From an uncultured Veillonellaceae bacterium (lineage in GTDB: Bacteria; Bacillota; Negativicutes; JARBTT01), in the NCBI GenBank assembly GCA_963805085.1, contig CAWDTA010000002.1, forward strand, positions 1,376,001-1,440,000: DNA of 64,000 nucleotides. The letters run 5' to 3'. Position numbers and translations under genes: made by a program. Below, piece by piece: positions 1 through 11,072 of this stretch (within the stretch, counting starts at the first letter, position 1; each line of letters begins with the position of its first letter). Under the pieces are notes generated by a model that ran no database searches, had not been told where the DNA came from, and saw nothing but the letters and a program-made list of their open reading frames with translations.

Positions 1-411
1 ATTTTATCGGAATCAATGCGTGAATGTATGCGAAAGCATAAAGAAAAAACGCCTGATAGCAAAGAGCTATTTAATTTATCCATCACGCAATTGCATTATC
101 TCCATGCAATAAGAGAAAGGTCTAATCCGACAATCACCGAGCTTGCCGAACTATTCGGAGTGCAAAAATCTACAGTAACGGTGGCGATCAATAAGCTTTT
201 AGAGCGTGAGTTTATTGAAAAAACTTCATCGAAAAATGATTTGAGAGTGGTACATATCACCCTGTCAGAAAGGGGAAAACGATTAATTCAAATTGAAGAT
301 ATGGGCTATTATAAGTTTGCCAGTCAAGTTATGGAGGCTTTAGATGAACAAGAAAGAGAGACCTTTGCGTTTCTATTAACAAAAGTGACAAACAATACTA
401 CCCGCGATTAA
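1..411 (+). CDS. MarR-family transcriptional regulator (start probably upstream of window)
   Basis: wHTH pattern TITELAELFGVQKSTVTVAINKL and DLRVVHITLS; frame is open back to base 1. Confidence 0.85.
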   Translation: MLSESMRECMRKHKEKTPDSKELFNLSITQLHYLHAIRERSNPTITELAELFGVQKSTVTVAINKLLEREFIEKTSSKNDLRVVHITLSERGKRLIQIEDMGYYKFASQVMEALDEQERETFAFLLTKVTNNTTRD

Positions 412-485
412 GCGGGTTTTAAATAGACGAATAGTTAGTTTGATAAAACTAACTTAAATAAAGGATATAGCATAGGAGGTTTACG

Positions 486-1067
486 ATGAAAAAAATACAA
501 TGGAGTTTTAGTGTAATCGTAGCAATTTTGCTCTGCTTTGAGGCAACAGTACTCTGCTTCGCCAACGAGAATAAAGGGGTCGCTGATCAAAGAATTCTTT
601 TGGTTATTGTTGATCAATCAAAAGAAACATATGGCACTGAAATGAAAAATCAAGTTTATAACCAATTAAAAAGTCAGGTAAAAGGTTTTATTAATGAAGG
701 AAATGCTCTCAATGATAGTAACAGAGATAACGATGCAATAGCAAAATCAGAGCAGCCTGAGTTATTGCAATTGGCAAACGACAAGGGTGCTAAGCAAGTA
801 TTACTTGTAGAGATATTGCCAACGAAATCTGATTTTAGTGATATTATCTTCTATAAGGCAATTAAGTCGGAGGCTACGCTAAGGGTTCGTTTATATGATG
901 CTACGACGAAGCAATATAGGTTGAATGAAACGGTGTCAGGGATAGATACAAATAAAACCTACATTCCCTATACCGGTGTAGGGAAAAAAGTCACTGTATT
1001 AGAGGCGGTTCATAAAGCGACTGATATCGTAGCTCAAAAAGTCTGCTCAGTGGGGGAAGTGCAATAA
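486..1067 (+). CDS. Exported hypothetical protein
   Basis: RBS AGGAGG; N-terminal signal-peptide-like MKKIQWSFSVIVAILLCF. Confidence 0.7.
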   Translation: MKKIQWSFSVIVAILLCFEATVLCFANENKGVADQRILLVIVDQSKETYGTEMKNQVYNQLKSQVKGFINEGNALNDSNRDNDAIAKSEQPELLQLANDKGAKQVLLVEILPTKSDFSDIIFYKAIKSEATLRVRLYDATTKQYRLNETVSGIDTNKTYIPYTGVGKKVTVLEAVHKATDIVAQKVCSVGEVQ

Positions 1068-1093
1068 ACTAAGTTTTGCTATGGAGGCTGACT

Positions 1094-2203
1094 ATGAATA
1101 GACGGCAATTCATTCAGTGCGGTATAGTCACAATTGTCGCAGCAGGAGGATTCCCTATGTTTAGTTCCTTATCACAGTTGGAGACAGTAGCTAGAGAGAA
1201 TTTGCATGATAATGTGGCAGGATTAGAAGCAGATTACATTGATATTTTATATTTAGCATCATTGGCACCTAGCGGGCATAATGCACAACCGTGGACGGTA
1301 AAGCTTATGAATGACCATCATTGGATTATCGGTACAGATTCTAATCGGTGGTTACCTGTTATTGATCCAGAAAATAGGGAAGCACTTATTTCAATTGGTG
1401 CCTTTTTGGAAAATTTGGTGGTTGCGGCGAATTCAAAAGGCTATCATGTAGAATATCATATCATAGCTAAAAATCTCAAAGACAAAGACATAGTAGAGAT
1501 AAATTTATATAAAGTAGGTTTGCCGGACACTTCTGACGTCAAAAATATTGAATTGCGTAGAACCGTGAGAAATAAATTACTTACAGATGATTTATCTAGA
1601 GAAGATATTGAGTTTATGATAGGAGAAAATAAAGATGGCTTTCATTATTTTCCACGTAATACAAAAGAAGAGCAGTATTTAAGTGAAGGGACTATTCTAG
1701 CTAATAAATTACAGACCTACCAAGATTCAGCGCAAGACGAACTGGCTAAATGGGTTCGTTGGTCAAATAAGGATATTAGACAATTTGGCAATGGATTAAC
1801 AACTGAAACGATGGAAATAGAAGGGTTTGCCAGATGGTATGTTAAAAATTTTTATTCCAAGCAATCTGTGTTAGCGAATAGTTTTCGTGAAGCGACGATC
1901 AAGAAAATAACGGAGCAAGTGACAAATGGCAGTGGCTGGTTACTTCTTACGAGTATGGATTCCTCGGCGCTTGAGCTTATCGATCTAGGACGAAAACTTC
2001 AGCAAATGTGGCTTGGTATAAGAGAGAGACAAATCGCAATTCATCCGATGAATCAACTGATTGAAGATGTAGCAATGCGTGGTAAGACTTCTTCAGCCTT
2101 GGGGATTGCAGGCGATAGCCAACTTCTTCTTAGAGTTGGCTATATCAATAACTATCCTAAACCGGTCAGCCCAAGGATGTCTTTGCAAACTATCATCGTA
2201 TAA
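1094..2203 (+). CDS. Acg-family FMN-binding nitroreductase-like protein with Tat signal
   Basis: MNRRQFI twin-arginine leader after GGAGG; LAPSGHNAQPW motif. Confidence 0.8.
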   Translation: MNRRQFIQCGIVTIVAAGGFPMFSSLSQLETVARENLHDNVAGLEADYIDILYLASLAPSGHNAQPWTVKLMNDHHWIIGTDSNRWLPVIDPENREALISIGAFLENLVVAANSKGYHVEYHIIAKNLKDKDIVEINLYKVGLPDTSDVKNIELRRTVRNKLLTDDLSREDIEFMIGENKDGFHYFPRNTKEEQYLSEGTILANKLQTYQDSAQDELAKWVRWSNKDIRQFGNGLTTETMEIEGFARWYVKNFYSKQSVLANSFREATIKKITEQVTNGSGWLLLTSMDSSALELIDLGRKLQQMWLGIRERQIAIHPMNQLIEDVAMRGKTSSALGIAGDSQLLLRVGYINNYPKPVSPRMSLQTIIV

Positions 2204-2287
2204 AAAATTTGCTCATCACTTAGAATTTGATGTGGATATTTTTGTTATACGTATTCAGCAATAGCATTGGTTCTGCCAATAACAATA

Positions 2288-2329
2288 AATTGCCGTTACA
2301 CTTGAAGTTAACAAGTTGTAACGGCAATT
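2288..2329. terminator. Bidirectional hairpin between convergent genes
   Basis: AATTGCCGTTACA...TGTAACGGCAATT inverted repeat. Confidence 0.65.
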
Positions 2330-2396
2330 ATATCTGTGATTAAATAGAATACAAATGGATTATTAAATTACTTGTTTGTTCACGTGGAAGTAGCAA

Positions 2397-3557
2397 TTAG
2401 CGACGTGATGGATATCTATCACATCGGCTAATGTTTTGCAGGATGTTGTTAGCAACGTTTGGATTTGCATTGCTGAATTTAGGAAAGGCTAAGCTGGAAA
2501 GTACTAATATCTCAGTGGTGGTAGTGGCAAAAATATCTTCCGTATGCTTAGGATGATTGACCAAGCCATTCACACCGATGGCATGGGCTGGGGGAATATG
2601 AGTGGTGACTGAGTTTGATATGTTTGCCGATCTTAGTTGCCCGGAGATTAATATATTTAGCGCATAGTTTGTATCGCCCTGGCAGGTAATCTGATCGCCT
2701 GCATCACAATGGACAACAACACCGCAGGAATGTAGAAACTTTATCGCATCTATATCCGATAAGTCTTGTAATAGCGGCAGAGCTTGATTTGGATAAGTAC
2801 CAAGCCGAGTATATAAAAACTCCCATAGTTCCTCTTGGCTAACTAGCTGGCTGTTTAGTATTTTTGAGTTTTCTTCAAACTCTTTATAAAACCATTGGAT
2901 TGCTTGGCTGTCTAACGATGCTCTTTTTCGCGCCGCACGATAAAAGGGAGAACGTACAGCTCGTAAATGGGCAATGTCATCTACCAATAAAACATAGGGA
3001 GCTAGTAATCCGTAACCATCATCAATAAAATTTCGCCCAAAACGGCGGAACCCAAATTGTTCATAGAGTCGTAATAAATGAAAATTACATACACCAAAAC
3101 TAAATTGTATTTGGTGCTGGCAATAAAATTGATAGCTCTCAATTGCAAGCAAATAGGATACAGTGGAATTTCGATAAGCTGCTGCTACCATAAATTTTGA
3201 GGTATAGGCGAATTGTTGATTGTTTTTCGTAAACTCTGAAAATTTTTTTAGAGAAAGTACTTGTATCCAAAACGAAGGGAAATCGTTAATTTGGCCAATA
3301 TTTACTCTTAGGGTGCCAATGATTTCTGAGCCAGCTTTAGCGTACACAATCAAGGCCCAGTCATCAAGATCATCATATAATAATTTATTCTTGTGATCCA
3401 TATTAGGAAAACGTTTAGCCATTTCCTCAGCATAGATACGATAACGAAAACGGTAAATTTCGATTTTTTCCTCAGCGGTTGTGGCGAGCCCGATTGTTAC
3501 TGCTTTTTCTTCTTCATTTAGGCAAGGAATTGTGTTCAGGTCATTCGGTTTCATCAT
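2397..3557 (-). CDS. GNAT/N-acyl amino acid synthase (FeeM-like) domain fused to C-terminal cyclic-nucleotide-binding domain
   Basis: IYRFRYRIYAEEM...DDLDD...IIGTLR acyltransferase pattern; GDQITCQGD...ILISGQL cNMP-like fold. Confidence 0.7.
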   Translation of the reverse strand: MMKPNDLNTIPCLNEEEKAVTIGLATTAEEKIEIYRFRYRIYAEEMAKRFPNMDHKNKLLYDDLDDWALIVYAKAGSEIIGTLRVNIGQINDFPSFWIQVLSLKKFSEFTKNNQQFAYTSKFMVAAAYRNSTVSYLLAIESYQFYCQHQIQFSFGVCNFHLLRLYEQFGFRRFGRNFIDDGYGLLAPYVLLVDDIAHLRAVRSPFYRAARKRASLDSQAIQWFYKEFEENSKILNSQLVSQEELWEFLYTRLGTYPNQALPLLQDLSDIDAIKFLHSCGVVVHCDAGDQITCQGDTNYALNILISGQLRSANISNSVTTHIPPAHAIGVNGLVNHPKHTEDIFATTTTEILVLSSLAFPKFSNANPNVANNILQNISRCDRYPSRR

Positions 3558-3725
3558 TTTATTTCTCCTTTAATAATTCGTTATCTTTGCGTAAGGTTTT
3601 TAAAAAAATCACATTACGTTTTCATAACGATCACCTCCTTGGCTAAGGGATACGGAGAAATATGAAGTTTTCCTTGCTAAATGTAGAAAATTTGAATGGA
3701 TTCTACAATTAATATAATTAAATAA

Positions 3726-3770
3726 AAGAAGCTCTTTTCAAAAGTAATTTACAATTGAAAAGAGCTTCTT
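3726..3770 (-). terminator. Rho-independent terminator of kinase gene
   Basis: AAGAAGCTCTTTTCAA...TTGAAAAGAGCTTCTT. Confidence 0.65.
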
Positions 3771-5450
3771 TTATTCTACTGTATTAGGTAAATTGAAATA
3801 AACAGCAATCATAGTGCCTTGAGGGCTACTTTTAATATCAATAAAAGCATTGTGTCTATGGGCAATTTGATAACAGATCGGCAGGCCTAAACCTGTGCCA
3901 GTATTTTTCGTGGTGATAAATGGTGTGCCTAATTTCTCCAGTACATGTGCTGGTATTCCAGAACCTTGATCACTGATAGATAGAGTAACAATATTGTTAT
4001 CTAGGGAAGTTTTTATAGCCAGAATGCCACCGTTTGGCATTGCCTCAATACTGTTACGTACTAAGTTAAGTAGCAGTTGACGAATTTCATTCTCATCTAA
4101 TAGTAGTTCAGGTATATTACTAAGCTCAAGTGTGACAGAGATTTTTGAAGCAGTTGCATCCGCCTCAATTAAAGGAAATAATAATTCAATAAATTGGTTT
4201 AAAGAACTTTTTTTTAGATCAGTTAGCTTCTCTCGTGATAAAGCAAGGTATTCGCGGATAATATCATTGGCCCTATCAATTTCTTCGATCATTAAGTTAA
4301 AGATTTCTTTATCAGCCTGATATGCCTCTTTCTTCCCGATAAATTGTAGATAGCCACGAATCGTCGTCATTGGATTTCTAATTTCATGAGCGACTGTAAC
4401 AGCCATACTCCCCACCATATTCATTCGATCAGCACATGCGGCGACTTTTTCTAATGCCTTGCGGGCGGTGATATCGCGAATAATACCTTCTAGTGCGATG
4501 AGGTGCCCTACTTTATCATAAATAGGGACACATTTTTGTTCAATCCATAAAATCGTTTTATCTTTTCGGACTAAACGTAAAACTAGTGGTAAGTCGTTAA
4601 TTTGACAGTTGTTGTGAATAAAATGATTGAATAAATGGTGATCGTCGGGATGGATCAATTTTAATACCAATTTTTCGTTCGTGTAATATTCCTCTGATGT
4701 ATAACCAGTAATGGAAAGCACTGAAGGGCTGATGTATTCAATTTTAGCTTTCGGTAGCATACTATAATGAAAAATGATGTCAATTGCGTTTTCTAAAAGT
4801 AATCGATAATGTGTTTCTCTATCTATCAGATTTGCTCTGCTTCTTTCCAAGAAAACCATTACCGTACTAATGGTAATAATTAATCTCAGCATACTACCAG
4901 TGAGTGAGATCAATAGGGGATACATTTCAATAAAAAATGGCAGTATCATAGTAAGAATACTCCAGAGGAGAAAAGCAATGCCCGTAATGATTTTACCCAC
5001 GCCCACCGCTTCTGTATAACGGAAGAAAACCGTAGAAATCCAGGCTAATACGATAAAGCTAAACCAAGCTGGGGGTATTATTTTATAGGAAAATGGTATC
5101 GGAGTCCAAAAAAGTAAGATACTTAAGAGAGAAGCGCTAACAGCGCCGTATAACCACCACTTATTAAACTTCTTATCAATAAAAATATAGGTGCCCCAGA
5201 CAAAGGTTAAACTGCAAGCAATAAAAAATAATTGATAGAAGGTGAAGGGCAGTAGCGATTGCTTCCATTGGAAGAAGTTATTGAATATGCCTGAGTCAAA
5301 GAATATATTTCTAAGAAATAGGATGCTCCAAGCGATTGCCCAAATGCCAATATAGCGTTCATGATACAAAGAATACAAATAAATATAAACAAGTATCATC
5401 GAAATTGTGCCAGTTATTGTACCAATGATTGATAAGTAAATATAATCCAT
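3771..5450 (-). CDS. Membrane PAS-domain sensor histidine kinase (orphan, sporulation-kinase-like)
   Basis: Multiple TM helices, PAS/PAC, H-box AHEIRNPMT, N/G boxes; RBS AGGAG before ATG 5450. Confidence 0.9.
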   Translation of the reverse strand: MDYIYLSIIGTITGTISMILVYIYLYSLYHERYIGIWAIAWSILFLRNIFFDSGIFNNFFQWKQSLLPFTFYQLFFIACSLTFVWGTYIFIDKKFNKWWLYGAVSASLLSILLFWTPIPFSYKIIPPAWFSFIVLAWISTVFFRYTEAVGVGKIITGIAFLLWSILTMILPFFIEMYPLLISLTGSMLRLIITISTVMVFLERSRANLIDRETHYRLLLENAIDIIFHYSMLPKAKIEYISPSVLSITGYTSEEYYTNEKLVLKLIHPDDHHLFNHFIHNNCQINDLPLVLRLVRKDKTILWIEQKCVPIYDKVGHLIALEGIIRDITARKALEKVAACADRMNMVGSMAVTVAHEIRNPMTTIRGYLQFIGKKEAYQADKEIFNLMIEEIDRANDIIREYLALSREKLTDLKKSSLNQFIELLFPLIEADATASKISVTLELSNIPELLLDENEIRQLLLNLVRNSIEAMPNGGILAIKTSLDNNIVTLSISDQGSGIPAHVLEKLGTPFITTKNTGTGLGLPICYQIAHRHNAFIDIKSSPQGTMIAVYFNLPNTVE

Positions 5451-5735
5451 AATTACTCCTAATAAGACAATTATTAACATGTAGATTATACCATACAATT
5501 TTAGAATACTTCTATTTTAAGATAATTTTGATAATATAAACTTATAGTTATTCTAAAAATAAAATAATTTCAGCCAAATGAACAGCATAAGAGTTGTCTT
5601 ACGAAGAGTGGATTATAAGAGGAAGATAGAAGAGCTGGTATAGTAAATTTGGCAATCTTGATAGGCAATATTAGCTACTTTTCAATGATTAAATTTTTCC
5701 TAGTATACTATTTATTTTCTATAAATAAAAAGTCT

Positions 5736-5764
5736 TTGCTTTTTTCTTATTTATATAGTACAAT
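5736..5764 (+). promoter_or_regulatory. SigA-type promoter of zinc-ribbon gene
   Basis: TTGCTT-17 bp-TACAAT. Confidence 0.55.
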
Positions 5765-5900
5765 AGGATAACTAGAGATAAGGTCCAACGAAAAATTCCT
5801 TTGTCCTTCTCAAACTGTATTTATGTAGGGGAAGTCCTAATGAGCATTCGATTGAATCAAAAAATTTCTCAGTAATACATTTGAGGAGGCTATATATAAT

Positions 5901-6200
5901 ATGGCACAAGACAAAACTTTAACATGCAGCGATTGCAGCACAGAATTCATTTTCTCAGCATCAGAACAAGATTTTTACGCTGAAAAAGGTTTCGCTAACG
6001 AACCTGGACGTTGCCCTGAATGCAGAGCAGCTCGTAAACAACAAAGAGCAGGCGGCAACAACCGTGGTGGACAACAACAACAACGTGAAATGCATGACGT
6101 AACTTGCGCAGCTTGTGGTTGTGAAACTCAAGTTCCTTTCAAACCAAGCAACGATCGTCCTGTATTCTGCAGAGATTGTTTTCAAAGCAACAAACGCTAA
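5901..6200 (+). CDS. Zinc-ribbon protein (zf-trcl plus CxxC-x17-CxxC domains)
   Basis: DKTLTCSDC...EPGRCPECR and CAACG...PVFCRDCF; strong RBS GAGGAGG. Confidence 0.9.
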   Translation: MAQDKTLTCSDCSTEFIFSASEQDFYAEKGFANEPGRCPECRAARKQQRAGGNNRGGQQQQREMHDVTCAACGCETQVPFKPSNDRPVFCRDCFQSNKR

Positions 6201-6213
6201 TTAGATAAAAAAT

Positions 6214-6244
6214 GCTCCAGTCAAATGACTGGGGCTTTTTTTTT
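6214..6244 (+). terminator. Rho-independent terminator
   Basis: GCTCCAGTCA-AA-TGACTGGGGC followed by T run. Confidence 0.85.
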
Positions 6245-6321
6245 CAGACATAGAAGATTTTCGCTTTTGATACCTTTTTAGAGAAAATTTATTGTACTAT
6301 CAATACATAGAAAAAATATAG

Positions 6322-6402
6322 AAAAACACCTGCTAAATTTTGTATAAAACTAGCAGGTGTTTTAAGTTTTTATGAGAATATCTAACTTTAATATCAAAAA
6401 GA
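6322..6402 (+). repeat. Co-oriented intergenic repeat, copy 1
   Basis: AAACACCTGCTA..TAGCAGGTGTTTT hairpin plus TTTTATGAGAATAT..TTTAATATCAAAAAG tail. Confidence 0.85.
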
Positions 6403-6601
6403 TAGTGCCTACCATGATAAAAGAAAAATGACTCCACCCATTCCTTTTGATTGTGAATAATATGACGAATTTCTTTCGTTATAAGAGAACAAACTAAGGA
6501 ACGGTTCATCGTGGATAAGACGAAACTATTATGTTTGAAGGATGAGGCTACAAACATTTTCAATAGTTGAACTTAAATATATTATACAAGGAGTGATTAC
6601 T

Positions 6602-7987
6602 TTGGAATATCGCATTGAAAAAGATTCTATTGGAGAAATTAATGTACCTGTTGATAAATTATGGGGAGCCCAGACACAACGTAGTTATGAAAATTTCCAA
6701 ATTGGAACCGAGAAAATACCAATAGAATTGGTTCGCATATTTGCTACATTAAAATGGGCTGCGGCTAATGTGAATAAGGAATTAGAATTGCTCGATGAAG
6801 TTAGGGCGGATGCCATTATAAAAGCTTGTAATGAAATCAAAGAGGGAAAATTAGATGAGCATTTTCCTTTGGCTGTATGGCAAACCGGCAGTGGGACACA
6901 GTTTAATATGAACGTTAATGAGGTAATCGCACATCGTGCAACACAAATATTAGAAGAAGAGGGAAAACATAGTGCCATTCATCCTAACGATCATGTGAAC
7001 CGTTCACAAAGTTCAAATGATATATTTCCAACGTCACTTCATGTTGTAGGATTAACGCTAATAAAAAAGGATCTATTCCCAGCAATAGATGGCTTGATCG
7101 ATACATTGGAAGATAAGTCACAAAAATTTATGCAGATTGTAAAAATTGGACGAACCCATCTAATGGATGCTACTCCGCTCACTTTAGGACAAGAAATGAG
7201 TGGTTGGGTTAGCATGTTAAAACGTAACAAAGAAATGATCAGTGCTGGTATTGAATTTTTGCGTGATTTAGCAATGGGTGGGACAGCTGTAGGCACAGGG
7301 ATAAATACACACCCAGATTTTGCTGTAAAAGTTGCGAATGAAATTAGTGAACTAACAAAAGAGAAGTTTCAAACAGCTCCCAATAAATTTCAAGCTTTGT
7401 CCAGTAAAGATGAGCTTGTAGCTGTTCATGGGTTGCTGAAAGCTTTAGCAGCGGATCTTATGAAAATTGCCAATGATGTACGATGGCTAGCCAGCGGGCC
7501 ACGCTGTGGAATTGGTGAAATCACCATTCCAGCAAATGAGCCAGGAAGCTCAATTATGCCATCAAAGGTAAACCCTACACAAGCGGAAGCATTAACCATG
7601 GTTGTTACTCAAGTTTTTGGTAATGATACAACAATCAGCTTTGCTGCTAGCCAAGGAAACTTTCAATTAAATGTATTTATGCCTGTCATAGCATATAACT
7701 TAATTCAAAGTATAAGATTATTGAGTGATAGTATAAATTCATTTAACCATAACTGTGCTGTTGGTATCGAACCAAATCTTCCAACAATAAATCTTCACTT
7801 GAATCAATCATTGATTTTAATTACAGGGCTAGTCCCTTTAATTGGCTATGATAAATCAGCCGAAATTGCTAAAAAAGCAGCAAAAGAGGGAATCACCCTG
7901 AAAGAGTCTGCGTTATCATTAGGCTATGTAAATGAAACGGAGTATGACCGTTACATGGATCTAAATCACCTGATAAAGCCTGAATAA
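6602..7987 (+). CDS. fumC: Class II fumarate hydratase
   Basis: [36 protein letters not shown]; TTG start after AGGAG. Confidence 0.95.
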   Translation: MEYRIEKDSIGEINVPVDKLWGAQTQRSYENFQIGTEKIPIELVRIFATLKWAAANVNKELELLDEVRADAIIKACNEIKEGKLDEHFPLAVWQTGSGTQFNMNVNEVIAHRATQILEEEGKHSAIHPNDHVNRSQSSNDIFPTSLHVVGLTLIKKDLFPAIDGLIDTLEDKSQKFMQIVKIGRTHLMDATPLTLGQEMSGWVSMLKRNKEMISAGIEFLRDLAMGGTAVGTGINTHPDFAVKVANEISELTKEKFQTAPNKFQALSSKDELVAVHGLLKALAADLMKIANDVRWLASGPRCGIGEITIPANEPGSSIMPSKVNPTQAEALTMVVTQVFGNDTTISFAASQGNFQLNVFMPVIAYNLIQSIRLLSDSINSFNHNCAVGIEPNLPTINLHLNQSLILITGLVPLIGYDKSAEIAKKAAKEGITLKESALSLGYVNETEYDRYMDLNHLIKPE

Positions 7988-8076
7988 TTATGCGTGGTGT
8001 TCTTAGGAGAGTAATGAATATAGATAGCATTAAATCCTATTGAGTGCTCGAATAGAGGCATTAACATATAAAGTTT

Positions 8077-8131
8077 AAAGCTCCTGCTAAATCCCAGATG
8101 AATTTGGCAGGAGCTTTACTTATATGAAAAT
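8077..8131 (+). repeat. Co-oriented intergenic repeat, copy 2
   Basis: AAAGCTCCTGCTAAAT..ATGAATTTGGCAGGAGCTTT plus CTTATATGAAAAT. Confidence 0.85.
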
Positions 8132-8176
8132 TCAATAACTATTTCGATTTGTCCAGGGCACATCCCCTTGTTATAG

Positions 8177-9655
8177 TCAGGTACCGCAAAAAGTTTTGTA
8201 AGGGCAGTTGGATAATGCGGGCGGTGTGGTGTATTCAGCCTGCTCAGGGGAGTGGGCATAAGGAGTTGAAAGAACTTTAAGCAGTCGATGCATTACGCTG
8301 TAATCACCTTGTTTTACTGCGGCTTCAAGAGCCGCTTCTACCCGGTGGTTTCGAGGGATGATCGCAGGATTGTTGCTTTGCATCCACTGCTGTGAGACAT
8401 TTCTTGGTTCTGCCTGTCTGTCTAGCCTTGCTTTCCATTGTGCATGCCACTGAGAAAAATCCGCGGAGTCAAACAGATCCGTGTCTTCTAGTAGATTAAA
8501 AGTTAATGCGCGGAAGGTATTTGTATAGTCCGCACGATGTTCTTTCATTATACGGAGGAGGTTTTCAATGAGTACCTCATCTTGCGTTTCTTCGTTAAAT
8601 AGTCCTAGTTTGCCTCTCATTCCTGCTAGCCAATGATCGTGGAATAATCTAGTAAAATCTGCAATGGCCGATTCAGCAAGTTTAACAGCCTGTTCTTGAT
8701 TGGCATCTAGTAATGGCAGTAAGGTTTCTGCAAATCGTGCGAGATTCCAAGCGGCAATATCTGGTTGATTGCCATAGGCATAGCGGCCACGCTTGTCAAT
8801 GGAGCTGAATACCGTTGCTGGATCGTAGCTATCCATAAAGGCGCAAGGCCCATAATCGATGGTTTCTCCACTGAGTGCCATATTATCGGTGTTCATTACT
8901 CCATGAATGAAGCCAACCAATTGCCATTGGGCAATCAATGCAGCCTGTCGTTTGACCACTTCTTGAAGTAGGAAAAAGTATGGGTTTTCAGCGGCATCCG
9001 CGCCGGAAAAATGCCTTCCTAAGGTGTAATCAGCCAGGATACGCAGATCCAGAACAGTGCCCCAATTGGCAGCGTATTGAAAGGTACCGACGCGCAGATG
9101 ACTGGCAGCTATGCGGGTTAGAATTGCACCAGATTGCTCGGTTTCTCGGATGACCGCATCACCGGTTGTCACCACCGCTAGGCTACGGGTCGTAGGGATA
9201 CCAAGCGCATACATTGCTTCGCTAATGATGTATTCACGGAGCATCGGCCCAAGGGCTGCACGTCCATCACCACCGCGTGAGTAGGGTGTTCTGCCTGATC
9301 CTTTGAGCCCAATGTCGACCCGCTCGCCTAAAGGCGTGATCTGTTCACCAAGTAGTAGTGCCCGTCCGTCCCCTAACATGGTAAAATGACCAAATTGATG
9401 ACCAGCATAAGCCTGAGCAAGAGGCAAAGCCCCTTCAGGAACTTGATTGCCAGCAAACACCGCTATGCTAGCATTGCTTTGTAACGATAGGGCATCTAAT
9501 CCTAGTGATATAGCCAAGGAATCATTGAGAATGATCAACTCTGGTGAGCGTACGGGATTCAGGTTAAGCGTGGTAAAAAATAATTTTGGGAGACGGGCAT
9601 AACTATTGTCGAAGTTCCAACTTGTTTCGGAGCTTGTATTGTTCTTTGTCGTCAT
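8177..9655 (-). CDS. selO: Protein adenylyltransferase SelO (YdiU family)
   Basis: [38 protein letters not shown]-terminal TFCGT. Confidence 0.95.
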   Translation of the reverse strand: MTTKNNTSSETSWNFDNSYARLPKLFFTTLNLNPVRSPELIILNDSLAISLGLDALSLQSNASIAVFAGNQVPEGALPLAQAYAGHQFGHFTMLGDGRALLLGEQITPLGERVDIGLKGSGRTPYSRGGDGRAALGPMLREYIISEAMYALGIPTTRSLAVVTTGDAVIRETEQSGAILTRIAASHLRVGTFQYAANWGTVLDLRILADYTLGRHFSGADAAENPYFFLLQEVVKRQAALIAQWQLVGFIHGVMNTDNMALSGETIDYGPCAFMDSYDPATVFSSIDKRGRYAYGNQPDIAAWNLARFAETLLPLLDANQEQAVKLAESAIADFTRLFHDHWLAGMRGKLGLFNEETQDEVLIENLLRIMKEHRADYTNTFRALTFNLLEDTDLFDSADFSQWHAQWKARLDRQAEPRNVSQQWMQSNNPAIIPRNHRVEAALEAAVKQGDYSVMHRLLKVLSTPYAHSPEQAEYTTPPALSNCPYKTFCGT

Positions 9656-9960
9656 AGCTTCGTTCTCCTTTTGGGCTTTTTACCCTATTATTTCTCTTAT
9701 ATGAGACCAATATAAAACAAATAACATAGGAATTCTATATGTTTTTTCATGAATACTGTCTATTTTAATACAAGACATCATTTTTTTAGTGTCTGCTTTT
9801 GTCAACTTATTATACTTGCTTTACCTGTTGGAAGTGCTAAGTGTCTTTATCATTGCAGTTCCATAATAAATAATAGCCTCACGCTTGTCCTTTCGCATCA
9901 GATTAGCTAGATAAATATTTCGTACTGTTTTTAGCCATAATAAATGTGGGAGGGGATAAT

Positions 9961-10557
9961 TTGTTTGACAGAATGCTTGATATTTTAAGTAGCCTTGGAT
10001 TGCCCGGGGTGTTTGTAGGCGTTTTTTTAGAAGCAATCGGGTTGCCATTCCCAGGCAGTGTTTTGGTTGCTTTGGCAGGTTTTCTGGCAAAGCAAGGAGA
10101 GTTTCACATTATAATAGCTTGGCTGGTAGCCTTGTTAGGATACATGCTGGGATCTATTTCTGCCTTTATAATAGGAAGTCATATTGGCGAACCATTTATA
10201 GAAAAATGGGGTAAATATATTAGGCTAACCCCGCAGCGCATTGACAAGGCACAGAAACTTTTGCAAAAGTCGGCGCCAGCTTATGTTATCGGTGGTCGAT
10301 TTTTACCAACGATAGGCAATGTTACACCGTATGTGGCTGGGATTAGTGGTATTTCTATCGTGAAATTTCTGATCTATGACATGATACACGCGGTTCTGTG
10401 GCTAACCATTTTCTTAGGATTCGGGGCTGTGCTCGGTAATAAGTGGCAAATGATTCTTGCAAATCCGTGGCTAAAGTGGGGTGCAATTGGGGGTGGCGTC
10501 TTGATATTGGTGTATGGGTTTAAAAAGTTACTTCCTGTGCATAGTGAGAAAAAGTAG
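9961..10557 (+). CDS. DedA-family membrane protein
   Basis: FLEAIGLPFPGS and GGRFLP motifs; start codon uncertain. Confidence 0.9.
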   Translation: MFDRMLDILSSLGLPGVFVGVFLEAIGLPFPGSVLVALAGFLAKQGEFHIIIAWLVALLGYMLGSISAFIIGSHIGEPFIEKWGKYIRLTPQRIDKAQKLLQKSAPAYVIGGRFLPTIGNVTPYVAGISGISIVKFLIYDMIHAVLWLTIFLGFGAVLGNKWQMILANPWLKWGAIGGGVLILVYGFKKLLPVHSEKK

Positions 10558-10689
10558 AGCGACAGTGAAACGATTATCCCTTTGAGTAAAAAAACACCTC
10601 TTACATAACATATTTACTTATATGAAATAAGAGGTGCTTTTTTCTGTTCCCATTTATGAGAACTATATGCAGTAGAGGTGTAGATTCTA

Positions 10690-10887
10690 TTATTGATATT
10701 GAGAAAATTCCTTTTTGAATATCTTACAGGAGCCATCTAACCAATTTATGCAATCGGAACAACGCCTTTCATACTTGTCGGGGGAGATATTCAGTAGCGA
10801 GCAGCCATAACCCATAGCATTTATAATGTGTTCAAATTCTGTACATTCTTTTGCGATAGATTTCAATTGCTTTTCTGTGTAATTCAT
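10690..10887 (-). CDS. Small hypothetical protein with Cys cluster
   Basis: RBS AAGGAG; CSDCINW..GSC. Confidence 0.6.
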   Translation of the reverse strand: MNYTEKQLKSIAKECTEFEHIINAMGYGCSLLNISPDKYERRCSDCINWLDGSCKIFKKEFSQYQ

Positions 10888-11072
10888 AAATAAAGCTTCA
10901 CTCCTTTGATGATTTTTTTTTAGTATGTACTTATTCTAATAAAACAATCAATCGTTCAGAACTAGATATAGAAATATCGTTAATATAAAAAGTAAAAGGG
11001 AAATTACATTGCTTTGTCGAAAAAAATAAAGTAATAAATAAAAAGTGATGACGGTAGGTAGCAATAAATATA

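Noticed and set aside
3614-3640. Strong RBS followed by MKT-stop upstream of the GNAT gene (minus strand)
   Set aside because: Could be a leader peptide or a decayed small gene, but three codons give no testable support.
6333-6563. ORF-track ORFs overlapping repeat copies (6333-6563, 36722-37063, 56054-56521)
   Set aside because: Their translations are largely repeat sequence or antisense to real genes, with no RBS; treated as spurious.
7543-7576. FumC signature [10 protein letters not shown] instead of the usual GSSIMPGKVN
   Set aside because: The position is variable in the superfamily consensus SSxMPxKxN, and the catalytic residues are intact.
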